From: Candidatus Bathyarchaeota archaeon
Lineage (GTDB): Archaea; Thermoproteota; Bathyarchaeia; 40CM-2-53-6
NCBI GenBank assembly: GCA_963733055.1
Contig: CAVTBR010000001.1
Coordinates: 1,280,001-1,344,000 of the forward strand
Direction of reading: 5' to 3'
Length of the DNA: 64,000 nt
The notes beneath the pieces were generated by a model, which was given only the letters and a program-made list of their open reading frames with translations, searched no databases and was not told the DNA's origin. The position numbers and the translations under genes are program-made. Below are positions 1-9,228 of the stretch, piece by piece. Position 1 is the first letter of the stretch. Every line of letters starts with the position of its first letter.

Positions 1-130
1 TTTTCTTTATCAACAATCCTTCACCGGTATCCTCAATTTCCAAGGTCGTACCTTCTTCAATCCTGTATTTCTTCCTGAACTCCGCCGGGATGGTGGTTTG
101 ACCCCTTCTGGTTACACTCACGGTTGCCAT
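1..130 (-). CDS. AbrB/MazE/SpoVT family DNA-binding protein (antitoxin-like), runs off window start
   Basis: Manual translation from ATG at 130: MATVSVTRRGQTTIPAEFRKKYRIEEGTTLEIEDTGEGLLIKK, with the GQxTIPxxxRxxxxI motif. Not in ORF track. Confidence 0.85.
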   Translation of the reverse strand, partial: MATVSVTRRGQTTIPAEFRKKYRIEEGTTLEIEDTGEGLLIKK

Positions 131-329
131 AGGAACATCCAAATTCCTACTCCTCAGAATCCTATTAAACGTTATTCACCCCTCAGCGTTACCCTCAAAC
201 ATCTGACGCGTTCTCGTTTTGGTCTTATTATTAGGTCGGTTAAGCATGTGTACATTAGGTAATCGCGTTGGCGAAACAGATTGCAGCCAAGCTGGCGTTA
301 GTGCCGGGTAAGCGGCAGGTGGTTGTGCG

Positions 330-542
330 GTGAGACGTCGCGTAGCCGAGATTCACGCGATAGCAAAACCCAGCTCTGGGAAACTAAAGGATGAGCTGTT
401 CCGCTACATGAAGGAACGCGGCGGACTCATCTGGCCAGACGAAGCCGCAACCGAACTCAGGTATTCAGTTCTAGACGTACTTGAAGCCCTACGCAAGTTG
501 GAGAAGGAAGGCCGAGCAGTAGAATCGCAAGACCTCCACTGA
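330..542 (+). CDS. Small winged-helix DNA-binding-like protein
   Basis: IWPDEAATELRYSVLDVLEALRKLEKEG resembles a wHTH core. Start uncertain. Confidence 0.55.
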   Translation: MRRRVAEIHAIAKPSSGKLKDELFRYMKERGGLIWPDEAATELRYSVLDVLEALRKLEKEGRAVESQDLH

Positions 543-643
543 GGCCTAGTTCATGACATCTCCAAAACAGAACTGTGGCAAATGCTGAAGAGAAAATGGG
601 CAGTCCATTTCCCAAGAGCGACTTGCGTAGATTGCGCAAATTG

Positions 644-650
644 TTATATA
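644..650 (+). promoter_or_regulatory. Putative archaeal TATA box for the Tyr-rich small ORF
   Basis: TTATATA preceded by GCGCAAA (BRE-like), about 40 nt upstream of ATG 689. Confidence 0.5.
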
Positions 651-688
651 CAAACGAAGCCGTTCCTGATTAAGCAGTGATAGTTGTA

Positions 689-829
689 ATGTGTTATTTA
701 CCGTATTTCGGAGCCTATTGTTATGCGGCACCTATCTGGTACACGTACCCGGCTGTCTACTACGTGGCTTACCCGTACTACTACAGCTACCCTCCGGTCT
801 ATCCAGCACGAGTCTGCTATTGTTACTGA
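689..829 (+). CDS. Tyr/Pro/Cys-rich 46-aa peptide
   Basis: MCYLPYFGAYCYAAPIWYTYPAVYYVAYPYYYSYPPVYPARVCYCY. TATA box and AGTGAT RBS-like site upstream, hairpin at 861-890 downstream. Confidence 0.6.
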   Translation: MCYLPYFGAYCYAAPIWYTYPAVYYVAYPYYYSYPPVYPARVCYCY

Positions 830-944
830 GACAATCAAACGTAATATCCGGCAGAGAGAAGGGCTTTCAAACGGGACCTGTTCGAGGCCCATATAGCTAG
901 AGTGAAATGAATAGGATTCCAATAGCTCAGAGAGCTTTCGGCTG

Positions 945-1160
945 CTACGGTCTCGACTTGTTCGTTGCCTTGGCGACGATCAGTGGCGCGTCTTTCTTGA
1001 GGTGTCGCTTCGCTTGGAAGATTTCGACACCGATGATCTCTCCGTCATTCGAGAGGTCTATTACAACATTCCTTGAAACCTCCACGCTCTTCCAATACTT
1101 TCCATTTGCCACTTGTATGCCCAGAACATCTTCCTCGTTATCGTACCAGATCTCGCTCAT
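945..1160 (-). CDS. DUF2283 domain protein (putative antitoxin)
   Basis: WYDNEEDVLGI...VVIDLSNDGEIIGVEIFQA pattern. Confidence 0.85.
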   Translation of the reverse strand: MSEIWYDNEEDVLGIQVANGKYWKSVEVSRNVVIDLSNDGEIIGVEIFQAKRHLKKDAPLIVAKATNKSRP

Positions 1161-1167
1161 GGCTAAA

Positions 1168-1407
1168 TCAATCCAACCAGTAGGCCGTTATTATCCTATA
1201 CCTTTTTCGCCCTAAAATTTTGTAAACAATCTTCAATCTTCTTCCAGATGGAGAAACTCTACCCACGGAATTGAGAACACCAACCCATTGTGAATCTCTC
1301 ATTTTCCTACCACGAATGATTACCGTGAGAAGCATATCGTCAGAAATATCCGGCCTATACTTCCTCTTGTGTCTCCAATGATTCGAGGACTCATGTGCGC
1401 TTCCCAA
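1168..1407 (-). CDS. DUF4258/RelE-like putative toxin
   Basis: Basic 79-aa protein from probable TTG 1407, ending LKIVYKILGRKRYRIITAYWLD, 7 nt upstream of the DUF2283 gene. Confidence 0.65.
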   Translation of the reverse strand: MGSAHESSNHWRHKRKYRPDISDDMLLTVIIRGRKMRDSQWVGVLNSVGRVSPSGRRLKIVYKILGRKRYRIITAYWLD

Positions 1408-1585
1408 CTCGGACCTCTTCCTTGTACGCCTCTGTTCGAGATAAGAGAATGCTCTCCGGGAGGATGTTCTCGATGAAACCCACTTCGGACTGTCGCTTGA
1501 TTCCCCTGAAATGATTCGATGTTTATCGTTTATTCCACCAGGTGGAACAAGGCTCAAGTCTTGCGAAACCAATTACCAAGATTCG

Positions 1586-1789
1586 ATGAAAATGAAAGTC
1601 TCATTGCCCACGAGCTCTGCCGAAATCAGGGGTAGAGGCAAACAATTCAAAGGAAAACTTCGGGTACATGTAGGTAAGTTGAGAAACGACAGGTTTGCGC
1701 AACTCAAAGGTGAGGTTGAGCAAGCTGAAGGAAGAGTCGGAATGAAACTAGGAAGACTCGTGAGAAAAGCCAAGATGAGAATAAGCTAA
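1586..1789 (+). CDS. CsbD-like small stress protein
   Basis: EIRGRGKQFKGKLRVHVGKLRNDRFAQLKGEVEQAEGRV follows the CsbD GxxxQxKGxxKExxGxxxxD...G..EQ..G pattern. Confidence 0.65.
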   Translation: MKMKVSLPTSSAEIRGRGKQFKGKLRVHVGKLRNDRFAQLKGEVEQAEGRVGMKLGRLVRKAKMRIS

Positions 1790-1918
1790 GCTCGATGAGC
1801 TTCGAATTATGCGTCAGGGCTTAGACTCATTCGCTTACTTGTGACTGAGGGTTCAGTCTATTAGTCAACTTAGCCCCCTCGGACCTAGACGCCGGAGGAT
1901 AGGCGTCGAAGAATCCGA

Positions 1919-3376
1919 GTGAAGGTTGTGGGCATGAAGAAAACGGAAAGCGTCGCGAGCACATTTCACGCTCGGCTGATTCTCGCTCTCATCATCGCGG
2001 CCGGATTCCTGGATGTCGTTGATTTCTCCATAGTCCAAGTTGCACTACCCACAATACGAACTGAACTCGCGATCTCCTTCGCCGAGAGCCAATGGGTCAT
2101 CGGAGCTTACGGGCTCACGTTGGCGGGGTTCCTGATGCTGAGCGGACGAGCGGGAGACGTGTACGGCCAGAAGAAGCTATTCATCTTCGGAATCGTCCTG
2201 TTCACGGCCTCCTCGTTCATCGGAGGCATAGCTCCGTCCTTCCTACTCCTAGTCGCTGCCAGAGGAGTCCAAGGCATTGGGGCCGCTATCTCAACTGCAA
2301 CGGCCTTGTCTATTCTCGTGGCTACCTTTGCTGAGGGAAGAGAGAGGAATCGTGCTATCGGCGTTTTCGTTGCCGTTCTTTCAGCCGGCTTCGCCGCGGG
2401 ATCAATTTCCGGAGGCGTCTTAGTCGCTGCGTTTGGGTGGAGGTCGGTTCTGTTCGTGAACGTTCCGATTGGTATTGGGGCGGCTGTTCTATCTCAGAAG
2501 TTTCTGATGAATAACCCTGGTCGAGCGTTGGACCGGCATTTGGATTTGCCGGGCGCGCTGTCGGTGACGGGCGGGCAAATTCTGCTCGTATATGCATTAA
2601 CGAATGCTGCCGTTGACGGCTTCACATCTCTCCAAACTCTCTTGCCCCTTGGCGTGTCGGTTCTAGTACTGGCTTTGTTCCTGGCGATTGAGTATCGATC
2701 CAAGTCGCCGTTGATGCCTTTAGGTTTCCTTCGCCGAGGCACAGTGCTAACCGCAAATGTGCTTGCTCTAATACTCACGGCATCAGCTGGAGGACTCACT
2801 TTCCTACTGACCACCTATCTTCAACAAGTCTCGGGATATTCACCATTATACGCAGGCCTCGATTTCCTTCCACCCGCGCTAATCTTCTTCTTAGCAGGAG
2901 GTTGGGGCTCGTCGTGGTTGGTGGATCGGGTTGGGCTGAAACCGGTTTTGGTGGGGTCCATGGCCCTCGTCACATTGGGCACTGCTCTGCTCACTCAGAT
3001 TTCCGTCTCTAGCGGTTATCTCGGGATACTGCCCGGGCTGCTCGTCTGGGCGTTTGGGGCAAGCATTGGATTTCCAGCGTTGAACATTGCTGCACTCGCC
3101 GGGACGGAGCCCGGGGAAGAAGGCCTTGCGTCAGGGATCATAAACACCTCACAGCGTATCGGCCTCCCGCTAGGATTGGCCATGCTGGTAAGTATCGCAT
3201 CCGCCACAGACCCAGCGGCCGGGCCATTGAATCTAGCAACGTCGCTACCCGGGATCGTCACCGGGTTTCAATATGCCTTCTTGGCTTCGACAATACTGAG
3301 TGGAATTGGGCTAATAATTGCCCTTCTCATCAAGAGCTCAATGACAACAAAGCTGTCTGTAACTTACGCCATCTAA
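1919..3376 (+). CDS. MFS transporter, DHA2 drug/H+ antiporter type
   Basis: FLDVVDFSIVQVALPTI, GRAGDVYGQK (motif A), WRSVLFVNVPIG, about 14 TM segments. Confidence 0.92.
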   Translation: MKVVGMKKTESVASTFHARLILALIIAAGFLDVVDFSIVQVALPTIRTELAISFAESQWVIGAYGLTLAGFLMLSGRAGDVYGQKKLFIFGIVLFTASSFIGGIAPSFLLLVAARGVQGIGAAISTATALSILVATFAEGRERNRAIGVFVAVLSAGFAAGSISGGVLVAAFGWRSVLFVNVPIGIGAAVLSQKFLMNNPGRALDRHLDLPGALSVTGGQILLVYALTNAAVDGFTSLQTLLPLGVSVLVLALFLAIEYRSKSPLMPLGFLRRGTVLTANVLALILTASAGGLTFLLTTYLQQVSGYSPLYAGLDFLPPALIFFLAGGWGSSWLVDRVGLKPVLVGSMALVTLGTALLTQISVSSGYLGILPGLLVWAFGASIGFPALNIAALAGTEPGEEGLASGIINTSQRIGLPLGLAMLVSIASATDPAAGPLNLATSLPGIVTGFQYAFLASTILSGIGLIIALLIKSSMTTKLSVTYAI

Positions 3377-3399
3377 GCCGCAATAAGCCACGAGTCTCC

Positions 3400-4143
3400 T
3401 TAGGGTCTATCCAAGGCCTGCATTACCAACTTCGCGACCTCATTTCCGGAATGTTGTTGCTGGCCCGTAATGAGATTTCCATCGCAGACCGCGTGTGGCT
3501 GAAAGGCTGGTTTCGTAACGAAATTGGCGCCGAGTTTCCGGGCTTCATCTTCAATGCGAAAGGGCATGACCTTCTTTCCAACAACCTTGTCCGCATAATC
3601 CTCCTCACTATTCGCGAACCCAGTCATAGTCTTCCCTCGAATGAGCGCCTGCCCATCCGGTAATTTCGTATCTAGCAACAGGCTTGTACCGTGACAGAGT
3701 GCTGAGCTCACTTTGTTGGCGTTGTAAAACTCCATGAATAGCGTGGCCAACGCTGGGTCTTTGCGGAAAGTGAACATGGGCGACTGCCCGCCGCAAACAA
3801 TGATTGCATTGAAATCGGCGCTGTTCAAGTTCGAGATCGAAGGCGTGTGCTCAAGAAGTGCCATGAATTCAGGCCGCTGTATGTAGCTGAGTGACAACGT
3901 GTCGTCTTTCGAATAGCCGGATGCATCTCGCGGATCGCTTAAGGAATCAAACTCGACCTTGCCTCCCTTTGGGCTGGCGATAGTGACTGTATAGCCCGCC
4001 TTGGTCAACGCATCGTAGGGATGAATCAACTCAGACGCCCAGAATCCAACAGGCCAGCCGAGAGTGGTGGAGACTGTCGGATTGGCCACAATCATCAGAA
4101 CTTTCTTACTCAAAGGCTCACACCGTTCGTCTTGGCAGGTCAT
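3400..4143 (-). CDS. DJ-1/PfpI family (type 1 glutamine amidotransferase-like) protein
   Basis: GFWASELIHPY, CGGQSPM, SALCHG nucleophile elbow, LITGQQ. True start probably TTG 4113. Confidence 0.9.
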   Translation of the reverse strand: MTCQDERCEPLSKKVLMIVANPTVSTTLGWPVGFWASELIHPYDALTKAGYTVTIASPKGGKVEFDSLSDPRDASGYSKDDTLSLSYIQRPEFMALLEHTPSISNLNSADFNAIIVCGGQSPMFTFRKDPALATLFMEFYNANKVSSALCHGTSLLLDTKLPDGQALIRGKTMTGFANSEEDYADKVVGKKVMPFRIEDEARKLGANFVTKPAFQPHAVCDGNLITGQQQHSGNEVAKLVMQALDRP

Positions 4144-4207
4144 TCATATATTATGACTAGCTTCTTGGATTCCGATTCCCGCCCTGAAGAGGAGCCGGTG
4201 ATGGGTT

Positions 4208-5137
4208 CTAATTTTTCGTTCGGTCGAGGGCTGCCGCCGTAAGTAGGGGAAACAGAACGGTGGAGTCTCCGACCACGGTAACGAGCTTTTTCGGGCTTTT
4301 GATCTTACCCCAGCTTATCGCTTCCTCAAGGGGTGCACCACTGAACCCGCCACCATCCGCTCGATCGAGAGTGATCTGTATCGCGGCGTCTACGCCGCCC
4401 CTATAGGTGTTGGCGATTAGCGCCTGGTGTTTCGGCATGCCTCCTCCCAGAATTATCACGCCAACCTTCCTCCTTTCGTACGTCATGTCAACGAGTTTTG
4501 AAAAGTCTCTGAAGGGGTTGACGACGAGTGTGTGGAGTCGGCTGTAGGTCCAGAGGTGGAGGCCGAGCATTGAATCGAAGATGCCGGGACAAAAGATCGG
4601 CGCTCCACGAGCCTGAGCGGTATGGAGAAGCGAGTTCCTATCCCGAATCTGTTCTCCGAATTCCCATAACAGTTCGTAGCTTCCGATGTTCTTCCGTTTC
4701 GCTTCGGGGATGCGGTTCAGCATCCGGTAGGTAGCTTTCTCGAGGGCTTCGATTCCCTCTTGAGTCACTAACAGGTCGTAGATTCTTGATAGGCCGCGTT
4801 TGCGAAGTTTCGTATCGTCCGCTGTTTCGGATCCCACGATATGCCTATGTCCCAACGCTTCGAGAAAATCATGCGTAACGTTTGCACCGGTCGGAACAAC
4901 CGCATTGACATACTCACCGTCCACCAGATCTCTGATTACTGTTCTAAGGCCGCCCGGGATCAGTGGTCCGGCTACGGAGAGAATGATTGTGTAGTTTCTG
5001 TCTTGAAACATTTCACTGAGTATTCTCGCGGCTTTGCCGAACCTTCCCATGCCAAGAACTTTCACGGCCTCCATTCGTTCGGCTATGTTGGAGACCGTCA
5101 TTCGTTTCTTGATTTTGATCTGGGACACTAACGGCAT
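4208..5137 (-). CDS. dys: Deoxyhypusine synthase
   Basis: TGANVTHD, LGGGMPKH, GGFSGAPLEEAISWGK, GDSTVLFPLL. ATG 5137 avoids overlap with aIF-5A. Confidence 0.93.
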   Translation of the reverse strand: MPLVSQIKIKKRMTVSNIAERMEAVKVLGMGRFGKAARILSEMFQDRNYTIILSVAGPLIPGGLRTVIRDLVDGEYVNAVVPTGANVTHDFLEALGHRHIVGSETADDTKLRKRGLSRIYDLLVTQEGIEALEKATYRMLNRIPEAKRKNIGSYELLWEFGEQIRDRNSLLHTAQARGAPIFCPGIFDSMLGLHLWTYSRLHTLVVNPFRDFSKLVDMTYERRKVGVIILGGGMPKHQALIANTYRGGVDAAIQITLDRADGGGFSGAPLEEAISWGKIKSPKKLVTVVGDSTVLFPLLTAAALDRTKN

Positions 5138-5175
5138 GGCAGGGGCACCGCGGGATAGGGGTTGGTGGAGGGGGA

Positions 5176-5571
5176 TTAACCCTTGGTTCGCATTATCTTG
5201 TTCTGGCCCATCATTTGCCAATACTCAACCTCAACGCCTGGCGCCAACTTAGACTTGATCTCCTCATCCTCAGGCGCGGGGGTCTCGAAGGTTTCGTAGC
5301 TTTCCATATCCATCACCTGCACATTATTACCCACTAAAGCTAAGATTTGTCCCGTTTTCTTTTCGATCATGGGAACCTCCGCGCGGCCGTCCACGCCGCC
5401 GATCAGATTCTTCTTCGTTCCAGTTGTTACGCTGATGGCTACAATTCTAGCCTTAGCGGCCCCATGCTTTCCCGGCTTTGACTTTTCGAACTCCACTATC
5501 TTGCAAGGTTCCCCATCGATAATCACGTAATGCCCGATCTTCAGGGACCCAATGTCAACTGGTTTGCTCAG
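5176..5571 (-). CDS. eif5a: Translation factor aIF-5A, probable CTG start
   Basis: [11 protein letters not shown] hypusine motif. The frame extends to [25 protein letters not shown] at 5571. Confidence 0.93.
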   Translation of the reverse strand: MSKPVDIGSLKIGHYVIIDGEPCKIVEFEKSKPGKHGAAKARIVAISVTTGTKKNLIGGVDGRAEVPMIEKKTGQILALVGNNVQVMDMESYETFETPAPEDEEIKSKLAPGVEVEYWQMMGQNKIMRTKG

Positions 5572-5701
5572 TGTTCTTCGCCCGTAAGCCTAAACTCGAA
5601 AGCAGTTTAGGTCCAGTCTTCGTCTAAAAGGTTAACTCGTCCCGATTCTCCGGGCAAACTAGACAGTGGCCTTTGGCGGATTAGCGATTGATAGGTCGAA
5701 C

Positions 5702-6280
5702 TTAGTCTTTGATGGAAACTGTTGCCCAGCGATTTAGGAAACCCTCGCCGTTTTCACTAATTCTGAAACTCTCCAGCATTCGCCCCCATTCTTCCTTGGT
5801 GACCGCCTTTGGATCTGTCTTCCTGTACAATTTGGTGACACTGAGGTAGGCTAGTCCTTCGGGCTTCAGAATACGCTTGATCTCCCCGATTGCACCTGCA
5901 TGGTCTACCATGCAACAAAGAACGCCGTTTGCGAACACAAAGTCAACCGACCGATCAGGTATCGCTCCCAAGCTGGCGGCAGAAGTGGTATGCGCCTCGA
6001 TGATGTTTCCAAGCCCCTGAGCGTCTGATTTCGCTTTCAGCATCTTGATTGATTTCGGATCCGAATCCGCTGCGTATACTTTCCCTGTTGATCCGACCAG
6101 TTCGGCTATTGGGATGGTGAAGTAACCCGGTCCGCAGCCGACATCCGCGACAACACTTCCCGCTGAGAGGAATCTTGATACTTTCTTCTTCGGAGGAGAG
6201 AACCGACGCCGTAGAAAATTATCCATGACAAATGTGGGAAGATGCCTATCATTCGTTTTGCAACATGCGGCTTGCATCAC
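5702..6280 (-). CDS. Class I SAM-dependent methyltransferase
   Basis: VADVGCGPGYF, SVDFVF, RILKPEG. Confidence 0.9.
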   Translation of the reverse strand: MMQAACCKTNDRHLPTFVMDNFLRRRFSPPKKKVSRFLSAGSVVADVGCGPGYFTIPIAELVGSTGKVYAADSDPKSIKMLKAKSDAQGLGNIIEAHTTSAASLGAIPDRSVDFVFANGVLCCMVDHAGAIGEIKRILKPEGLAYLSVTKLYRKTDPKAVTKEEWGRMLESFRISENGEGFLNRWATVSIKD

Positions 6281-6462
6281 TAGATTCCAGACCCTCCTCC
6301 CGTTATCCTATCGCTTAGAATACATCCGGTATCCAAGATTCACACCAATTTAGACTAGACGGGAATCCGGTCTGTTACCTCTCCCTCTGGGCACTTTACC
6401 ATCCAGTGCCCAATAGGGTAAGGTCCGAAGACTTGACCGCTCCTAGGATCGGTGGATTGTTC

Positions 6463-6639
6463 ATGTCTGTCAACGATTGTAGGTACTGCAACAATTGTGG
6501 CGGCAAATGGATTCGGATTACTGTGCTCCACAAGCGTACGTTCATTTTCAAACGTTGCCCACACTGCCAGAAAGATGTGGGGCGGAAGACGGGGCAACTG
6601 ACTCTACTCGACTTGCAACATCATGGCGAAAATCCATAA
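6463..6639 (+). CDS. Small zinc-ribbon protein
   Basis: CNNC and CPHC pairs in 58 aa from ATG 6463, GGTGGA upstream. Confidence 0.5.
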   Translation: MSVNDCRYCNNCGGKWIRITVLHKRTFIFKRCPHCQKDVGRKTGQLTLLDLQHHGENP

Positions 6640-6995
6640 TCAAGTGTAACTTCTTCGTTCTGTTCAATATCGCGTATTGCAACTAGAATCGCCATATCGC
6701 CGTCCCAAACGATTTTGCTATTCGGATTGCTCGAGTGATTGATGAAAGATTCTGGATAATCTCCTCCGAAGCCTACGAGGTATACGTGTGGTCTAACGTA
6801 CAGGTAGTATTTCGCTGAGGCGTCATTCGGTAATTCGTGAGTATACGGTCCATCCCAAATCGCAATTTGAGAATCCTTCTCAATTCGGCGAGAGGCAAAG
6901 GCTCCGAACCCTTCGATTTTTGATAGAGCCTTATACAACGGAACTTGCGACAATATACTCGATAACCCGATGCTCAGTCTGCATGACCGCAGCAT
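6621..6995 (-). CDS. SET domain protein (putative lysine methyltransferase)
   Basis: SKIEGFGAFASRRI, FINHSSNPN, AIRDIEQNEEVTLDYG. Start possibly TTG 6953. Confidence 0.88.
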   Translation of the reverse strand: MLRSCRLSIGLSSILSQVPLYKALSKIEGFGAFASRRIEKDSQIAIWDGPYTHELPNDASAKYYLYVRPHVYLVGFGGDYPESFINHSSNPNSKIVWDGDMAILVAIRDIEQNEEVTLDYGFSP

Positions 6996-7064
6996 TATCT
7001 GGGAAAGAACCTTCGATCAGTTTTCCGAAGAAGAGGTTGCTAATTGAATGGCGATGGGCGCGGG

Positions 7065-7373
7065 TTAAACTACTTGTTTCTTCGACCGCTTGACCACCAA
7101 GAATACGAGCGCAACAAAAACACCTAGAAGAATTGACTCAATTGGAAAGCCCGGGATATTCGTCAAACCCCCTGCTGAGGACGACAGAGATGACAGCACG
7201 CTTGAGACCTGCGTGACTACGTTAGTCTGTGTTTGAAGCGCGTAACTCGTAGTCACCGGATTCGCTGTGAGTTGTGTAGTGTTGGCTGTCTGGGTAGGGC
7301 TAGGCGACGCGTACAATGCTGTCGAGAATGCAACTGACAACAAAACGACGCAGATTAACAGCTTTCCAAACAA
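7065..7373 (-). CDS. Small secreted S/T-rich protein with PGF-type sorting tail
   Basis: Signal peptide, S/T/Q-rich body, IPGFP + TM helix + KRSKK. Confidence 0.75.
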   Translation of the reverse strand: MFGKLLICVVLLSVAFSTALYASPSPTQTANTTQLTANPVTTSYALQTQTNVVTQVSSVLSSLSSSAGGLTNIPGFPIESILLGVFVALVFLVVKRSKKQVV

Positions 7374-7538
7374 GAATCCTTACACATAATTCGGGATACC
7401 GTCTGCGATATAAAAGACCTTGTTGAGGACTCTAAACGACCAGGTTCTCGGGGTAAAGCAAAGTTGACCGCGGCTGTGAAGGATTCGTTGCGCTAAATCA
7501 TAATACGCGTAGACTGTTCTTGTACGCTTTGCTAGTAC

Positions 7539-9185
7539 TTGACGGAACGGTTCGAAATGCGCTCGCAACTAATGATTCGGTCAATTGCTTGGGTGAAGCG
7601 ATGTGTTCGATTGCTGAGGCCTTATTCGAAAATTATCGTAGTGGGATTGTTACTGCGTCTTCTGCTCATGCCGTTTGCGATCCAAGGGGATATTGTATTT
7701 CATACTTGGATTGCCAACTTCATTATCCATGGGCATCTGAACGTATACAATTACTACTTTCAACGATTTCAATCAGTCAACTATCCGCCAGGTGTTATCA
7801 TTACGCCGTTCCCGCCGTTGTTCTACGTTCTCGATGGAGCCTATCTCTTCATTTTGGAAAAGCTTGGAGTCTTCAGCTTTCTAGGCGTTTGGACCACTTG
7901 GAATATTCCCAGCGCAATCTCAGAGACTCTAAGCAACCCGGCATACAGTATAGGCAGCGGAGCGTACAACACGCAGAACAGAGTCTTCTTCTTCCTAAAG
8001 CTACCTTACTTGTTATTCGACATTTTTGGGCTCGTAGCACTTTTGGGTGTCTTAGAAAAAAAAGACCGTGCGGCTGGGGCTGCGGCGTGGATGCTCAACC
8101 CCTTCATACTGTATATCACATACGGCTGGGGTCAAACTGACATCTTGGCCGCCTCATTTACCGTGGCTGCCCTCTATTTCGCGAAGATGATGATGGCGAC
8201 TAAACGGGCCAAGTTTGGGATTCTTGCTTGTCTTTCATTGGGGTTTGCGGCTTCATTCAAGCCTTTCGCCTTGGCTCTTCTTCCGATCTTCTCGCTTTTC
8301 GCATCAAAGAACACGAAGACATCTTGGTTCCAGTATTTTGCTGCCGGATTATCGCCATTCATTCTCGCGATCCCGTTTATCTCACGGCCCTTCCTTCAGA
8401 TGATTTTTGCCTACGGTGGGTACTTTACCGCACGCAACTTCAACCTACCCTGGGGCTCGCAGTTCACGATTTATGTCGCATTCGCCGTCTACCTCGCTTT
8501 GATCTACTATCTCCTTGTCGTGGAGGATTTCGGTTTCGATAACCTGCTCACAGCATGTTTGATTGTATTCTCAGCGTTGTATGGTCTAACGGTTTGGCTT
8601 CCTAACTGGATCCTATGGGGGATACCGTTCGTATTGCTTGCGCTTTTGCGACGGCCAAAACTATTCGGAGTCTACCTGCTGACGACCATATTCTATTTCG
8701 TGTTTGTTCAAGCTTGGGGTAACGCTCTCTGGTTGCGCTTGTTCTTCCCATTGACAGATAGGACGATAGTATCTGGTCCACTTGGAATGTTTCCCAATCT
8801 GTGGGAGGTTCTTCCGAACTACTTCACTCTCCTTGTTGGGTTGGCATATACTGGGATTGGCACTAGCATGGTCTTCATCACTTACTACACAGCAAAATAT
8901 GGGCAAGCGACGAAGCGCGGAGGGATTCGCCCAATCCAGTGGAGCATTGTGTTGCTCATTCCGATCTTGATGGGTGGTCTAAGCCTTTTCCTTGACCGGG
9001 CCCGACTCGTAGGGCAAAACATCACGGGCACCTTTTTGTCAAAGGTATTTCGCGACCCTGTCTTCTTTGGTTTCTACTTCGCACTCATCGGCTTATGTTT
9101 GGTCTGGCTCGTAATCAACATTCTACGCAAGCCTAAACCGGAATACACGCCCAACTCGGAACACGTGATCTGTGAAGCTTCATGA
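7539..9185 (+). CDS. Integral membrane GT-C glycosyltransferase (GT87/DUF2029-like)
   Basis: PFPPLFY, LKLPYLLFD, LNP...WGQTD, ASFKPFAL, many TM helices. Confidence 0.75.
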   Translation: MTERFEMRSQLMIRSIAWVKRCVRLLRPYSKIIVVGLLLRLLLMPFAIQGDIVFHTWIANFIIHGHLNVYNYYFQRFQSVNYPPGVIITPFPPLFYVLDGAYLFILEKLGVFSFLGVWTTWNIPSAISETLSNPAYSIGSGAYNTQNRVFFFLKLPYLLFDIFGLVALLGVLEKKDRAAGAAAWMLNPFILYITYGWGQTDILAASFTVAALYFAKMMMATKRAKFGILACLSLGFAASFKPFALALLPIFSLFASKNTKTSWFQYFAAGLSPFILAIPFISRPFLQMIFAYGGYFTARNFNLPWGSQFTIYVAFAVYLALIYYLLVVEDFGFDNLLTACLIVFSALYGLTVWLPNWILWGIPFVLLALLRRPKLFGVYLLTTIFYFVFVQAWGNALWLRLFFPLTDRTIVSGPLGMFPNLWEVLPNYFTLLVGLAYTGIGTSMVFITYYTAKYGQATKRGGIRPIQWSIVLLIPILMGGLSLFLDRARLVGQNITGTFLSKVFRDPVFFGFYFALIGLCLVWLVINILRKPKPEYTPNSEHVICEAS

Positions 9186-9228
9186 ATTCGTTCTCGCAAC
9201 TCATTCACGTTAATTCGGCTCAGGGAGA

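Noticed and set aside
268-333. Short TTG ORF (MAKQIAAKLALVPGKRQVVVR) that might be a frameshifted N-terminus of the wHTH gene
   Set aside because: No homology evidence, and the GTGA overlap is equally explained by chance or coupling.
7049-7070. GGCGATGG resembling the start of a fluoride riboswitch
   Set aside because: The pairing strand and downstream conserved elements are absent, and no suitable gene follows.
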